Positions 1-10,555 of a stretch of 64,000 nt of DNA are shown here, in pieces. The stretch spans positions 32,001 through 96,000 of the forward strand of contig CAWFFU010000003.1 in NCBI GenBank assembly GCA_963815215.1. The letters run 5' to 3'. Each line of letters begins with the position of its first letter. Positions within the stretch are counted from its first letter, which is position 1. The translations under genes and the position numbers were made by a program. A model generated the notes under the pieces. It was not told the origin of the DNA. It saw only the letters and a program-made list of their open reading frames with translations, and searched no databases. Source of the stretch: an uncultured Trueperaceae bacterium (GTDB taxonomy: Bacteria; Deinococcota; Deinococci; Deinococcales; Trueperaceae).

Positions 1-2
1 TG

Positions 3-515
3 ATCCGGGAGGGGAGCATCGCGCAGGCGGTGCAGGCGAGCATCGCGCTGCCGGGCGTGTTCGCCCCCGTGCGACGGGAAGGCCGCGTGCTCATCGACGG
101 CGGTTTCGTGGAAACGGTGCCGTTCCGCGCGCTGTCCACGCTGGATCCGGACATCGTCATCGGGCTCCACGCCGGCATCGACGTGGAGCATTCACGCCTC
201 GTGCGCTTCATCCGGCGCTTCAACGCCTCGCGCTGGGGCCGGCGCTACCAACGGCTGGCCGCCCGCAGCAGGGCGAACGGACCGTTCGGCCAGATGGCCC
301 GCGGGTTGGCGATCTCGCTGCGCTCGTACAGTCACGGGCTCCGGGCGCCGCGCGGCGGGCTGCTGGTGCGTGAGGATCCGCCCACGGCCTGGTGGGACTT
401 CCACAAGTCGCCGCAGGCGATCCTTGCCGGAGAGCAGGCGATGCGTGCGGCGCTGGCCGCCGCTCCGGAGTTCGCCTGCCGGCTGCGCGGCGAGGAGGTG
501 CCGTGCGGCCGCTGA
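3..515 (+). CDS. Patatin-like phospholipase (5'-truncated by window edge)
   Basis: ASIALPGVFAPV...LIDGG patatin motifs; frame open to window start. Confidence 0.85.
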   Translation: MREGSIAQAVQASIALPGVFAPVRREGRVLIDGGFVETVPFRALSTLDPDIVIGLHAGIDVEHSRLVRFIRRFNASRWGRRYQRLAARSRANGPFGQMARGLAISLRSYSHGLRAPRGGLLVREDPPTAWWDFHKSPQAILAGEQAMRAALAAAPEFACRLRGEEVPCGR

Positions 516-1735
516 TGGTGCTCAGGGGGTTGGAGCAGCGCCCCACCTGGCCGGCCCTCAGAGCTCTGGACGCGGCCCTGCAGGGACGGTACCCGGAGCC
601 GGTCGAAGCGGCGTATGTGGGCGTTGTGAGGGCGTTGCTGGCCGAGCAGCGCGCCGATCTGGCGTCGGCCTTTGCGGGCGCCCTGCTCGGGGTGGACAAC
701 CCTCTGGTCCGTGAGACCGATCCTCCTGCCGGCCTTCTCGAAGCGGCGCGCGCCGACCTGGAGGGGATCGCGGGTACCCTGAGGCGCAACTGGTGGTCCG
801 AGGCGAAGGCGCAGGGCGCAGCCGATCTGCCGCTCTTGCGGGAGCTCGCGCGCCCCCCCGAGCGAGACCCGTGGGAGGACGCCGTGGCGGTGCTCGCCGA
901 GGCGCTCATGGTAGAGCCGGCGGACGCCCTCCTCGGGCACCTGCTCGCCCGCTACCGCGAGCACGGCGCCGGCGCGCCCGCCCGCTACGTGGCGCTCCGC
1001 TGGCAGGACGGTGCGCTCCTCGGCATCCCCCATCCCGCCGTGGCCGACGCCGCCACGCTGGTGGGTGTCGACGATCGGCTCGCCAGGCTCTTCGCCAACA
1101 CCGAAGCGCTGCTGGCGGGAGCCCCGGCCCACAACGTCCTGCTCTACGGGCCGCGCGGCAGCGGCAAGTCCACGGCGGTCCGCAGCCTCCTGCCGCGCTA
1201 CGGGGAGCGCGGGCTGCGCCTGGTGGAGCTGTCGGGGGACGCGCTGCAGACGCTGCCGGAGGTGGTCCAGCAGCTGCGCGCGCTCCCGCAACGCTTCGTG
1301 CTCTACGTCGACGATCTCAGCTTCGAGAACGACGACCGCCGCTACCACCCCCTGAAGACGTTGCTGGAGGGCAGCCTCACAGCCCGTCCGGCCAACGTCG
1401 TGCTCTACGCCACCAGCAACCGCCGTCACCTGCTGCGCGAGCGTCTCTCCGAGCGGCCCCAGCCCGGCGAGGACGACGATGTGCATGCCTGGGACACCCA
1501 CAACGAACGGCTCGCGCTGGCCGACCGCTTCGGACTCACGCTCACCTTCCCCAGCGCCAGCCAGCGTCGCTACCTCGACATCGTCGAGGCGCTGGCGGCG
1601 CGTGAGGGGATCGCCGCACCGGACCTGAGCGAGCGTGCGGTTCGTTTCGCCGACTGGGGTAACGGTTACTCGGGGCGGACCGCGCGTCAGTTCATCGATG
1701 CGGTTGTGCAGGAGCGGGCCGCCGGACGGACCTGA
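503..1735 (+). CDS. DUF815-family AAA+ ATP-binding protein
   Basis: Walker A GPRGSGKS, YVDDLSFE, YATSNRRHL, SGRTARQF; SD GAGGAGG at 492-498; start GTG 503 or ATG 515. Confidence 0.85.
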   Translation: MRPLMVLRGLEQRPTWPALRALDAALQGRYPEPVEAAYVGVVRALLAEQRADLASAFAGALLGVDNPLVRETDPPAGLLEAARADLEGIAGTLRRNWWSEAKAQGAADLPLLRELARPPERDPWEDAVAVLAEALMVEPADALLGHLLARYREHGAGAPARYVALRWQDGALLGIPHPAVADAATLVGVDDRLARLFANTEALLAGAPAHNVLLYGPRGSGKSTAVRSLLPRYGERGLRLVELSGDALQTLPEVVQQLRALPQRFVLYVDDLSFENDDRRYHPLKTLLEGSLTARPANVVLYATSNRRHLLRERLSERPQPGEDDDVHAWDTHNERLALADRFGLTLTFPSASQRRYLDIVEALAAREGIAAPDLSERAVRFADWGNGYSGRTARQFIDAVVQERAAGRT

Positions 1736-1756
1736 GGGCGGCGCACGTGGGCGGCG

Positions 1757-3631
1757 CTAGTGGGTCGTGGCGCCGCCTGCCAGACGTGCGACGCCGGCGG
1801 CCAGATCGTAGGCCTGCCCCCGGTTCAGGGGGGCCGATGGAGCGAAGCCGGCGGGCACCAGGCCGGCTCGCTGCAACGCGCTCCAGGTAGGTTCCGCCGG
1901 GCAGGCGCCGAGCCGGCAGGCGGCGTCGTAGACCGCACTCAGCGCGATGGCCGGGCGCAGTGGCGCGGTGCTGGTGCCGTAGCGCGCGACCAGCGTCGGG
2001 CCGGTGTCGACATCGCCGAAGAAACGCTGTGCCACGTTGCTGAGCAGGTACAGGAAGCTCAGCTGGGTAACGGGCCGGGCGAGGTGAGGATCGTTGTCGT
2101 AGCCGCCGACGGCCAGGCCGCGGCTGAGCAGGAGACGGTAGGCGTCGTAGTACGGGCTCGTGACCGGTCCGACCGGGGCGCGCGGCTCCACCGTGGGCAG
2201 GTAGGCGCCGCGAGCGCGCAGCGTGGCGCGCACCGCCTGCACCTGGGCAGGGTCGCGCGCCAGCTTCGAGGGATCGAGGCCGAGCGCGGCCCCGCGGGCG
2301 GCGGCTACCCCGACGGCCTCGGCCAGGGCCATCCCGAACGGCACCACGCGGGCGCTGGCGAACGCGATGGGGTCGAACCCGGCCGTCTTGCCCACCACCC
2401 ACAGCGGTGCGGGCGAGGGCGACACGCTCATGCACAACCGCGCCCCGTACACCTCGGGCGTGCCGTAGACGAAGCCGCTGTCGTGCTCGGTCAGGCTCTG
2501 GACGTCGAGCGGGTAGCCGCCCGCCGCCACGTCCTGGTCGGTGACGAGGTTGTCCAGCACGTCGCCGACGTGCAACACGCACTGCGCCTCGAGGTGGCGC
2601 GACTCCCGCACGTACAGCCTCGGAGCCACCCCGCTCAGGCGGGCGTTCTCGAGCCCCGGGATGCCCGCCGCCAGGTAGCGCACGACCGACGGCACCTCGG
2701 CGGCCGCGCGTCGGTGGGCGTCGGCGCGGCTGGCGGGATCGAGCGGGTCGTCGCCGAACACCAGCAGGGCGTTCACCAGCACCGTGCCGTCACTCTCGCG
2801 GCCGAGGTTCAACCCTCTCAGGCGTAACCCGCTACGGCTGGGAACGTACGCCGCGGGGTAGCCGCCGAACGGACCCCACACCACGTTGTCCCGCACTTCG
2901 GCGTATGCCGCGCCGCGGGCCTGCACGGCTCGCGTCAGCGCCGGCCAGTCGACGCCGTGGAGAGCGAAAACCAGGGTGTCGGCCATACGCTGCTTCACGC
3001 CCAGCGACTCCCAGCCAACCGTGAACGGTGCCCCGGCGGCGGCCGCGAAGCGGCCGTCGGCCTGTCCGTCGATGACCTGTTTGGCGAGCAGCGTCCGGTC
3101 GCCGGCGCGTGCGCCGAGCAGACGGCCGTCGGCATCGAGGAGCGGGACAGGCTCGGCGGAACCGAGGATCACCTCGACGCCGGCCCGGCTCAACATCGAC
3201 GTGAACGCGCGCTCTGCCGCGTCGACGTCGAAGGCCGGACGCTGGCCGACCTGCCGCCACCAGCGCAGGAACAGCCCGCGCTGGTACAGCTGCGGCTTCG
3301 TTCGCAGGTCGAGAACGTTGAGTTCGCCCAGCACGAAGAGCCCGCCGAGGCGCGTGTCGGTGGTGAGGAGCGCGGTCCGAGCGCCCTGCTCGGCCGCCGC
3401 CACCGCGGCGATGATCGCTTCGGGTTGCGAGCCGACCACGAGGACGTCCACGCTCTCGGCGCCCACGGCGGTGGGAGCGCTCGGCGTCGAGACGTTCGGG
3501 GAGGGCTGGGCGGCTGCCAAGGTGATCAGGGCCAGGGCCGCCAGGCTCAGGGCCGTGAGGGCGAGCCGGAAGCCTACCGCTCGTCGGGCCGGCTTCCAGT
3601 CCTCGTGACGGCGCATCCGAAGGGGGATCAT
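1757..3631 (-). CDS. Exported FAD-dependent oxidoreductase with C-terminal SLH-like repeats
   Basis: Signal peptide; DVLVVGS-PEAIIAAVAAA Rossmann start; LYVRESRH; SLH-like C-terminus. Confidence 0.8.
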   Translation of the reverse strand: MIPLRMRRHEDWKPARRAVGFRLALTALSLAALALITLAAAQPSPNVSTPSAPTAVGAESVDVLVVGSQPEAIIAAVAAAEQGARTALLTTDTRLGGLFVLGELNVLDLRTKPQLYQRGLFLRWWRQVGQRPAFDVDAAERAFTSMLSRAGVEVILGSAEPVPLLDADGRLLGARAGDRTLLAKQVIDGQADGRFAAAAGAPFTVGWESLGVKQRMADTLVFALHGVDWPALTRAVQARGAAYAEVRDNVVWGPFGGYPAAYVPSRSGLRLRGLNLGRESDGTVLVNALLVFGDDPLDPASRADAHRRAAAEVPSVVRYLAAGIPGLENARLSGVAPRLYVRESRHLEAQCVLHVGDVLDNLVTDQDVAAGGYPLDVQSLTEHDSGFVYGTPEVYGARLCMSVSPSPAPLWVVGKTAGFDPIAFASARVVPFGMALAEAVGVAAARGAALGLDPSKLARDPAQVQAVRATLRARGAYLPTVEPRAPVGPVTSPYYDAYRLLLSRGLAVGGYDNDPHLARPVTQLSFLYLLSNVAQRFFGDVDTGPTLVARYGTSTAPLRPAIALSAVYDAACRLGACPAEPTWSALQRAGLVPAGFAPSAPLNRGQAYDLAAGVARLAGGATTH

Positions 3632-4788
3632 TCGGCCGGATCGGCCTCGAGCAGCTCGGTGCGCACCGATTCCGCCACGGCGCGGGCCGCGTCGGGTCGC
3701 CCCATCTTGCGTGCCGCCTCCGCCATGGCGCTGCGCCGCGCCGGGTCACTGAAGAAGCTGCGTAGTTTGTGGGCGAAGGTGGTGATCGGCGCGATGCGCA
3801 TGGCGGCGCCGTGCTCCAGGAGTACGTTGGCGTTGGCTTCCTCCTGGAGAGGATAGGGGTGGACCACGGCCAGCGGCAGGCCGGCCGCCAGCGCTTCGCT
3901 ACTGGTCAACCCCCCCGGCTTGCCCACCAGCAGATCGGATGCCGCCATCAGCAGCGGGATGTCGCCGCGGCGCCCCTGGACCTCGAAGGCGATCGGCCCT
4001 TCGTAGCCCTCGACGGCTTCCTGCGCGACCGCTACCAGGCCGGGGCTTCGCCCGCATACCACGTACACCAGGAGGGGCCAGCGTAGTTCGGTGAGCTGCT
4101 CCAGCAACGCCCGCAGGGAGCTGGCATCGAGGCCTGAGGCCATGAACAGCAGAACGTCACGCTCGGCGCCGATGCCCAGCTCGGCGCGGGCCTGCGCCTT
4201 GCCGGGGAGCAGCGCGAACCGTGGATCGACCGGGATCCCGGTGACGCGGACGCGTCCTGCCTCGACCCCCGCCGATCGCAGATGCACCGCGACCTCGTCG
4301 CTGGCGACGTAGTAACGCAGGAGGCCCGGCTGCAGCCATAGGCTGTGCGCGAAGAAGTCGGTGATGACCTCGACCTGGGGCGGAGTCTTCCGCTTGCGCC
4401 GCATCCGGCCCGCGAGGATCTCGGGGCCGAGGAAGTGGGTATGGACGAGCACGTCGGGGTAGGCCATGGCGATCCGGTCGGGCAGCTCGTAGCTGAGCAT
4501 GCGCGTGAGCCGGGCCCGCACGCGCTGCTGGCGCGACTTCTCCTCACTCGGCATCTTGTCGAGACGGCGGCCGACCCACTCGACCAGATCGGGCACGGTG
4601 CGGACCAGGTCGAAGTAGGACTGGCGGTACAGGCGCCGGAAGGGCGCTGCAGTGTACTCGAGCAGATCGACGTGGTCGGCGACCATGCCGGCCTCGTCGA
4701 AGGCGGCCTGGAGGGCGTGTCCCGCCGCCACGTGCCCCCCTCCGATGGAGGCCGAAACGATCAGGATGCGCTTGCCCCCTGGCGACAC
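3628..4788 (-). CDS. MGDG synthase/UgtP-like glycosyltransferase (GT28)
   Basis: SASIGGGH, ITDF, VTGIPV, KPGGLTSSEALA, QEEANA; leaderless TATGCT-N6-GTG. Confidence 0.88.
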   Translation of the reverse strand: MSPGGKRILIVSASIGGGHVAAGHALQAAFDEAGMVADHVDLLEYTAAPFRRLYRQSYFDLVRTVPDLVEWVGRRLDKMPSEEKSRQQRVRARLTRMLSYELPDRIAMAYPDVLVHTHFLGPEILAGRMRRKRKTPPQVEVITDFFAHSLWLQPGLLRYYVASDEVAVHLRSAGVEAGRVRVTGIPVDPRFALLPGKAQARAELGIGAERDVLLFMASGLDASSLRALLEQLTELRWPLLVYVVCGRSPGLVAVAQEAVEGYEGPIAFEVQGRRGDIPLLMAASDLLVGKPGGLTSSEALAAGLPLAVVHPYPLQEEANANVLLEHGAAMRIAPITTFAHKLRSFFSDPARRSAMAEAARKMGRPDAARAVAESVRTELLEADPAE

Positions 4789-4887
4789 GCCCGCAGCATA
4801 TCAGGGGGACCCGCGTCCGGAGGGGCCGACGCCGTCCCTCAGCGGGTTCTCAGGCACGCAGTGATAGCATGCGCGCAGGAGGTACGC

Positions 4888-5949
4888 ATGCGTTTCGCCT
4901 TGCCGGCACTGGCCGTGCTCGTCCTACTCGCGGGCTGCGCACCGGAGTCGGGGCCGAAGCTCCACGACGTCACGGTCTACGGTGCCTTGAACGCCCGGCT
5001 GAGCTACCTGTACGGATCGCCGAGGAAGTTCGACCTGGACGGGAAGCAGGTGACCCTGACCCAGGGGACTTCGACGGCGCCGTACGCCGTCGACAGCGCA
5101 CTGCTGGTCGACGGTCAGGCGTTCGTTCGGACCTCCGTCACCCCGCTCGAGGCCGCGCCGGTCGTGGTGTCGCGCATCCCGCTCACCACCGATCTGCGGC
5201 TGGAAGCCCGCAGCGACGTCGAACAGGTCGTCTACTTCGACGGCAGTGATTACTTCCGGCTGGTGAGCGGCGCCAAGGCCGGCACCAGCCAGACGGTGGT
5301 GCCCACGCCGCGGCTGAACCGCCTGCGCGGGCTCGGGGAGCTCACCGACCGCGAGGCGGACGCGCTGGCCAACGGGCTCGAGCAGGGCGGCAAGCCGTAC
5401 GTGCTGGCGGTGCTGCCGAGCACGACGCTGCCCAAGCACAGCGTGAACGGCACCAGCGAGTACCTGCAGACCGGCGTGTACGTGCAGCAGGGGCTCGAGA
5501 CCGCCGCCGCAGCGCCCGGTAGCGCGGCCCAACAGGTGGCCTGGGAGACGCTGGCGCAGGGGCAGAAGGCGGTCGGATTCGACAAGCCGCAGTACCTGCT
5601 GGTCAACAGCCAGGACCAACTCACCAACCTCTGGTACAAGGCCTACGGCTCGCAGCTCACCGTGCCGCCCGTGCCGAGCATCGACTTCTCGCGCGAGACG
5701 GTCCTCGCCGTCTTCGACGGGCAGAAGTCCACCGGGGGCTACGGCCTTCAGGTGCGCAGCGTGACGGTGGAGAACGGCGAGCTCTACGTGGACCTCGTGA
5801 AGCAGCAGCCCCAACAGGGGCAGGTGACGACCCAGTCCCTGACCAGCCCCTGGCTCTTGATCCATGTGCTGCGGGGCGGCTTCGACGTGGCCTGGTTCCG
5901 GAATCCGGACGACGGTAGCCTGATCGCGGTGGCGCGGGCGACGCAGTAG
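4888..5949 (+). CDS. Lipoprotein with PrcB C-terminal-like domain
   Basis: AGGAGG SD; lipobox LLAGC; C-terminal IDFSRETVLAVFDGQKSTGGY...TQSLTSPW. Confidence 0.8.
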   Translation: MRFALPALAVLVLLAGCAPESGPKLHDVTVYGALNARLSYLYGSPRKFDLDGKQVTLTQGTSTAPYAVDSALLVDGQAFVRTSVTPLEAAPVVVSRIPLTTDLRLEARSDVEQVVYFDGSDYFRLVSGAKAGTSQTVVPTPRLNRLRGLGELTDREADALANGLEQGGKPYVLAVLPSTTLPKHSVNGTSEYLQTGVYVQQGLETAAAAPGSAAQQVAWETLAQGQKAVGFDKPQYLLVNSQDQLTNLWYKAYGSQLTVPPVPSIDFSRETVLAVFDGQKSTGGYGLQVRSVTVENGELYVDLVKQQPQQGQVTTQSLTSPWLLIHVLRGGFDVAWFRNPDDGSLIAVARATQ

Positions 5950-5967
5950 CGCCGCGCAGCCGGTCGC

Positions 5968-7116
5968 TCAGGTCAGGACGTCGGGGTCGAACAGGCGCCG
6001 GTACTCCTCGCCGGCATAGCGGTCGGTCATGCCGGCGATGTAGTCGGTGACGGCCCGTTCCAGCCCCAGCTCGTCGGCCTGGCTCTGCACGTCGAACGGC
6101 AGCATGTCCGGCGATCGGACGTAGGCGTGGTACATCCGCTCCAGCAGGGCGTCGGCCTTGTGGGTCATGCGGATCTGCCGGTAGTGGAAGTAGAAGCGAT
6201 CGAACAGGAAGGCCTTCAACTCGGCCAGTTTCTCGCGCATGGCCGGCGAGTTCGCGACCAGCTTCCCCGGCGCCTCGCGCACGTCGGTCGCGTCGCGCAC
6301 GCCCGACTCGCGCAGGCGCGCGTCTGTGTTCTCCGCCGCGTCCGTGATGACCTCGCCCAGGAGCTCGCGCACGAGGTAGTAGCGCTGTGTGTTGGCGAAA
6401 TCCAGGGGATCGATCCCCAGCCGGTCCATCAGCTCCCGCACGATGCGGACCTCGACGATGGCGCGCGGCGACAGGTGGCCCGACCGCAGACCGTCGTCCA
6501 GGTCGTGGGCGTTGTAGGCCAGCTCGTCGGCGACGTTGACGACCTGCGCCTCCAACGAAGGTTGGCGGTCCGGCTCCCAGCTCGGGTCGGGCAGGTCGTA
6601 CTCGGTCTCGTGCTTCATGATCCCCTCGAGCGTCTCCCAGCTCAGGTTCAGCCCCGGGAAGGCGGGGTAGCGCCGCTCCAGCTCGGTGACGATGCGAAGG
6701 CTCTGCTTGTTGTGGTCGAAGCCGCCGATCCCCTGCGCCAGGCGGTCGAGGGCGCGCTCGCCGGCGTGACCGAACGGCGGGTGGCCGAGGTCGTGGGCCA
6801 GCGCGATCGTCTCGGTCAGGTCCTCGTTGAGGCCGAGCGCTCGGGCGATGCTCTTGCCGACCTGCGCCACCTCGAGCGTGTGCGTCAGGCGCGTGCGATA
6901 GTAGTCGCCCTGGGTGTTGACGAAGACCTGCGTCTTGTACTCCAGGCGGCGGAAGGCGCTGGTGTGGATGACCCGATCGCGGTCCTTCTGGTAGGCCGTC
7001 CGGTACAGGCTCTCCTCCTCCGGGTGCAGCCGGCCACGGGACGCCGACGCGAGGCTGGCGTAGGGTGCGAGGGACTGGCGCTCGTGATCCTCGAGCAGGG
7101 GGCGCTCGTAGAGCAT
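5968..7116 (-). CDS. dgt: dGTP triphosphohydrolase
   Basis: RRLEYKTQV, RTRLTHTLEV, HDLGHPPFGHAGE, DYIAGMTD. Confidence 0.93.
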   Translation of the reverse strand: MLYERPLLEDHERQSLAPYASLASASRGRLHPEEESLYRTAYQKDRDRVIHTSAFRRLEYKTQVFVNTQGDYYRTRLTHTLEVAQVGKSIARALGLNEDLTETIALAHDLGHPPFGHAGERALDRLAQGIGGFDHNKQSLRIVTELERRYPAFPGLNLSWETLEGIMKHETEYDLPDPSWEPDRQPSLEAQVVNVADELAYNAHDLDDGLRSGHLSPRAIVEVRIVRELMDRLGIDPLDFANTQRYYLVRELLGEVITDAAENTDARLRESGVRDATDVREAPGKLVANSPAMREKLAELKAFLFDRFYFHYRQIRMTHKADALLERMYHAYVRSPDMLPFDVQSQADELGLERAVTDYIAGMTDRYAGEEYRRLFDPDVLT

Positions 7117-7205
7117 GATGGGTGCATCGTACCATTCGCGTGGTAGGCGCACTTCCGCGCCCGGGCGGCGCGACCCGGCGCCCGGGCCGGTCAAGGAGGC
7201 AGGGC

Positions 7206-7982
7206 ATGGCAGAGGATCCCCTCGACGTTGCGATCCGCACGGCCTACGAGGCCGGGAGGCAGACGCTGGCGAGCTTCCGGACCGGCGTGCAGGCCGAGTA
7301 CAAGGACGACGACAGCCCCGTCACGGCCGCCGACCGGGCCGCCGAGGAGCTCATCCGCGAGCGCCTCCACGCGGCCTTCCCCGACGACGGCATCCGGGGC
7401 GAGGAGTACGGCGAGGAGCGCTCGCAGAGCGGACGGAGCTGGTGGGTCGATCCGATCGACGGCACCAAGAGCTTCATACGTGGCGTGCCTCTGTACGCCG
7501 TGCTCATCGCGCTCGAGGTCGAGGGGCGCATCGACGTGGGCGCCGCCTACTTCCCGGCGCTCGACGAGATGGTGTACGCCGCGCGCGGACGCGGCGCCTT
7601 CCTCGACGGGAGGCGCATCCAGGTGACGCAGACCGCTACGTTGGAGCGCGCCTTCGTGTCTTGCACCGACCCCGGCAGCTTCGCGCGGCACGGCCGGGAG
7701 GGCGCGTGGCAGAGGCTGCAGGCCGCCAGCTACGCGGCCGTTGGCTGGGGCGACGCCTACGGGCACGCGCTGGTGGCCAGCGGCCGGCTAGAGCTCATGC
7801 TCGACCCCACCATGCACCCCTGGGACTGCGGCCCCTTCGGGATCATCCTGCCCGAGGCCGGCGGCTACTTCGGAGACTGGTCGGGGCGCGAGACCATCCA
7901 CGGCGGCGAGGCGATCAGCACCACCCGCCGCCTGCTACCCGAGGTGTTGGAGCGCATCCGCGGCGAGGGCGACAACGGTTGA
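7206..7982 (+). CDS. Inositol monophosphatase family protein, probable histidinol-phosphate phosphatase (HisN-type)
   Basis: SPVTAAD, GEE, WVDPIDGTKSF, WD; SD AAGGAGG. Confidence 0.8.
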   Translation: MAEDPLDVAIRTAYEAGRQTLASFRTGVQAEYKDDDSPVTAADRAAEELIRERLHAAFPDDGIRGEEYGEERSQSGRSWWVDPIDGTKSFIRGVPLYAVLIALEVEGRIDVGAAYFPALDEMVYAARGRGAFLDGRRIQVTQTATLERAFVSCTDPGSFARHGREGAWQRLQAASYAAVGWGDAYGHALVASGRLELMLDPTMHPWDCGPFGIILPEAGGYFGDWSGRETIHGGEAISTTRRLLPEVLERIRGEGDNG

Positions 7983-8057
7983 CGGCGATCGAGGCGAGCC
8001 GGGCGATGGTGCCGCACGGACCACGGGCAGCGGGTCCCGCGCCGGTAGACTGAAGCG

Positions 8058-9275
8058 ATGAGCATCCCGCGCCGACGCACTCCCACCGTACGGGTCGGCT
8101 CCGTCCCGGTCGGCAGCGACCACCCCGTGGTCGTCCAGTCGATGACCAACACCGACACCGCCGACGCGCCGGCCACCGCCGAGCAGGTGGCAACGCTGGC
8201 CCGCGCCGGCAGCGAGATCGTGCGCGTGACGGTCAACAACGACGCGGCTGCGCGGGCGCTCCCCGAGATCCGGGCGCGCCTGCGTGACGCGGGCGTCGAG
8301 GTGCCGCTGGTGGGCGACTTCCACTACAACGGCCACAAGCTGCTGACGGCGCACCCCGAGGCCGCGGAGTTGCTCGACAAGTACCGGATCAACCCGGGCA
8401 ACGTAGGCGTGGGGAAGCGCCGCGACGACAACTTCCTCGCCATCATCGACGTCGCTCGCGAGCACGCCAAGTCGGTGCGCATCGGCGTCAACTGGGGCTC
8501 GCTCGATTCGGACCTGCTCACGCGCCTGATGGACGAGAACGCCCGGCGCCACGACCCGTCGGATGCCAGCGAGGTCCTGGTGGAGGCGATGCTGCAATCG
8601 GCGTTGCTCTCCGCGGAGCTCGCTGAGGAGCGCGGCCTGCCGCACGACGCCATCATCCTTAGCGCCAAGGTGTCCGGGGTGCGGGCGCTGTGGGACGTCT
8701 ACCGCAAGCTGGCGGCGCGCTGCGATTACCCGCTGCACCTCGGTCTCACCGAGGCCGGCATGGGCGACAAGGGGGCGGTCTCGAGCAGTGCTGCGCTCAG
8801 TGCGCTCCTCGCCGAGGGCATCGGGGACACCATCCGAGTGTCGCTCACGCCCGACCCCGGCGCGCCGCGCGAGCGGGAGGTCGAGATCGCCCAGGAGATC
8901 CTGCAGGCGCTCGACCTGCGAAGCTTCGCTCCGACGGTGACCGCCTGCCCCGGCTGCGGCCGCACCACCAGCACGCTGTTCCAGGAGATGGCGCGCGACA
9001 TCCAGGCCTACCTGCGTGCGCAGATGCCCGTCTGGCGCGAGCGTTACCCAGGTGTGGAGGGGCTCCGCGTGGCGGTGATGGGGTGCGTCGTGAACGGGCC
9101 GGGTGAGTCGAAGCACGCCGACATCGGCATCAGCCTCCCAGGTAGCGGTGAGTCTCCTCGGGCTCCGGTCTACCGCGACGGCGAGCTGGTCGCCACGCTG
9201 CAGGGCGCCACCATCGTGCAGGACTTCAACCGCATGCTCGACGCATACGTCGAGCGGCGGTTCGGGCGGGCCTGA
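8058..9275 (+). CDS. ispG: HMBPP synthase
   Basis: [38 protein letters not shown]. Confidence 0.97.
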   Translation: MSIPRRRTPTVRVGSVPVGSDHPVVVQSMTNTDTADAPATAEQVATLARAGSEIVRVTVNNDAAARALPEIRARLRDAGVEVPLVGDFHYNGHKLLTAHPEAAELLDKYRINPGNVGVGKRRDDNFLAIIDVAREHAKSVRIGVNWGSLDSDLLTRLMDENARRHDPSDASEVLVEAMLQSALLSAELAEERGLPHDAIILSAKVSGVRALWDVYRKLAARCDYPLHLGLTEAGMGDKGAVSSSAALSALLAEGIGDTIRVSLTPDPGAPREREVEIAQEILQALDLRSFAPTVTACPGCGRTTSTLFQEMARDIQAYLRAQMPVWRERYPGVEGLRVAVMGCVVNGPGESKHADIGISLPGSGESPRAPVYRDGELVATLQGATIVQDFNRMLDAYVERRFGRA

Positions 9276-9360
9276 GCCGCCGGCACGTCCACGCGCGAGG
9301 TGCCACCGCTTCCGTTGGCCGCGGGAGGCCCGGGCGGGTCCCGACGCACGGAGCGGCGGA

Positions 9361-10497
9361 TCAGGCGCCGGTCCCGTCGCCACCGCTGTCGACGGCGGCC
9401 GCCCACTGCGAATGGCTCGCCGGAGCCAGCAGCGGAGGGCGCTCGCCGCCCTCGACGAAGAGCGTCTGGGTCGGGAAGGCGAACTCGATGCCCTGACTCA
9501 GGAAGAAATCCATGAGGGCCAGGTTGATGCGTTGTTGGATGTCCATGTACAGGGTGTAGTCGGGATCGAGCACCCAGTAGACGGTCTCGAAGTTGAGCGA
9601 ATACGGGCCGAACTCCTTGAAGTGGCTGCGGTCGAAGCGCACCTTCTCCTCGGCCTCGATGATCTTGCGGATGGTGCCGGGGATCTGCTCCACCTGCGCG
9701 CGCGGCGTGCCGTAGGTGACGCCCACCGAGAACACCACGCGCCGCTCAGCCATGCGCTTGTAGTTTCGGACACGCGCCTTGATGAGGTCGTTGTTGGCGA
9801 ACACCAGCTGCTCGCCCGACAGGCTTCGGATGCGGGTGGTGCGCAGCCCGACGTGCTCGACGGTCCCGAGGTGCTGGTCGACGATGATGAAGTCGCCGAT
9901 CTCGAAGGGTTTGTCGAACACGATCGACAGCGAGGCGAAGAGGTCGCCGAGGACGTTCTGCAACGCCAGCGCTACCGCCAGCGAGCTGATGCCCAGACCT
10001 GCGAGGAGTGTGTTGACGTGGATCCCGAGGTTCTCCAGCGTCAGCAGCAGCACCACCGTGAACAGCACCAGCCGCCCCACGAAGCCGATGGCGGCCAGGC
10101 CCGTGCGCCTTCCGGGGCCGAGCGACTCGTCGGCGTGGTAGCGGTCCAGCAGCGCCTGCAGCGCCTGGTTGGCCCACAGCGCGAACTGGATCAACAGCAC
10201 CACCACGAAGCCGCGCGCGATCATCTCGTGGGCGCGGCCTCCGACGACCAGCGCCTGCGAGCCCAGGTAGACTGCGGCGGCCAGGAACGAGATCGTGTGC
10301 GTGGCCCCGAGCACGCTCACGACCACGTCGTCGAACGCGAAGGTGGTGCGCTCTGCGAAGTGGGCCAGACGTCTCCGGACCAGACCTCTGACGGTGCGCA
10401 GCGCGAAGTAGCTGCCCACCGCTACGGCCAGCGCGATCAGCCAGCGCAGGAGGTCGTTGCCCAGGATGGAGGTGTGGAGGATCGACATCACGGTCAT
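9361..10497 (-). CDS. Small-conductance mechanosensitive channel (MscS family)
   Basis: TM helices; DKPFEIGDFI, GLRTTRIRSLSGE, IEFAFPTQTL. Confidence 0.92.
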   Translation of the reverse strand: MTVMSILHTSILGNDLLRWLIALAVAVGSYFALRTVRGLVRRRLAHFAERTTFAFDDVVVSVLGATHTISFLAAAVYLGSQALVVGGRAHEMIARGFVVVLLIQFALWANQALQALLDRYHADESLGPGRRTGLAAIGFVGRLVLFTVVLLLTLENLGIHVNTLLAGLGISSLAVALALQNVLGDLFASLSIVFDKPFEIGDFIIVDQHLGTVEHVGLRTTRIRSLSGEQLVFANNDLIKARVRNYKRMAERRVVFSVGVTYGTPRAQVEQIPGTIRKIIEAEEKVRFDRSHFKEFGPYSLNFETVYWVLDPDYTLYMDIQQRINLALMDFFLSQGIEFAFPTQTLFVEGGERPPLLAPASHSQWAAAVDSGGDGTGA

Positions 10498-10555
10498 CGC
10501 TGACGTCAGTCTACCCGAGGCTGCAGAAGCGTTCGCAGCGGGCTATCCTGCGACC

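Noticed and set aside
5968..7116. dGTPase as an anti-phage nucleotide-depletion system
   Set aside because: It looks like the ordinary housekeeping family in a core-gene context, with no defence neighbours.
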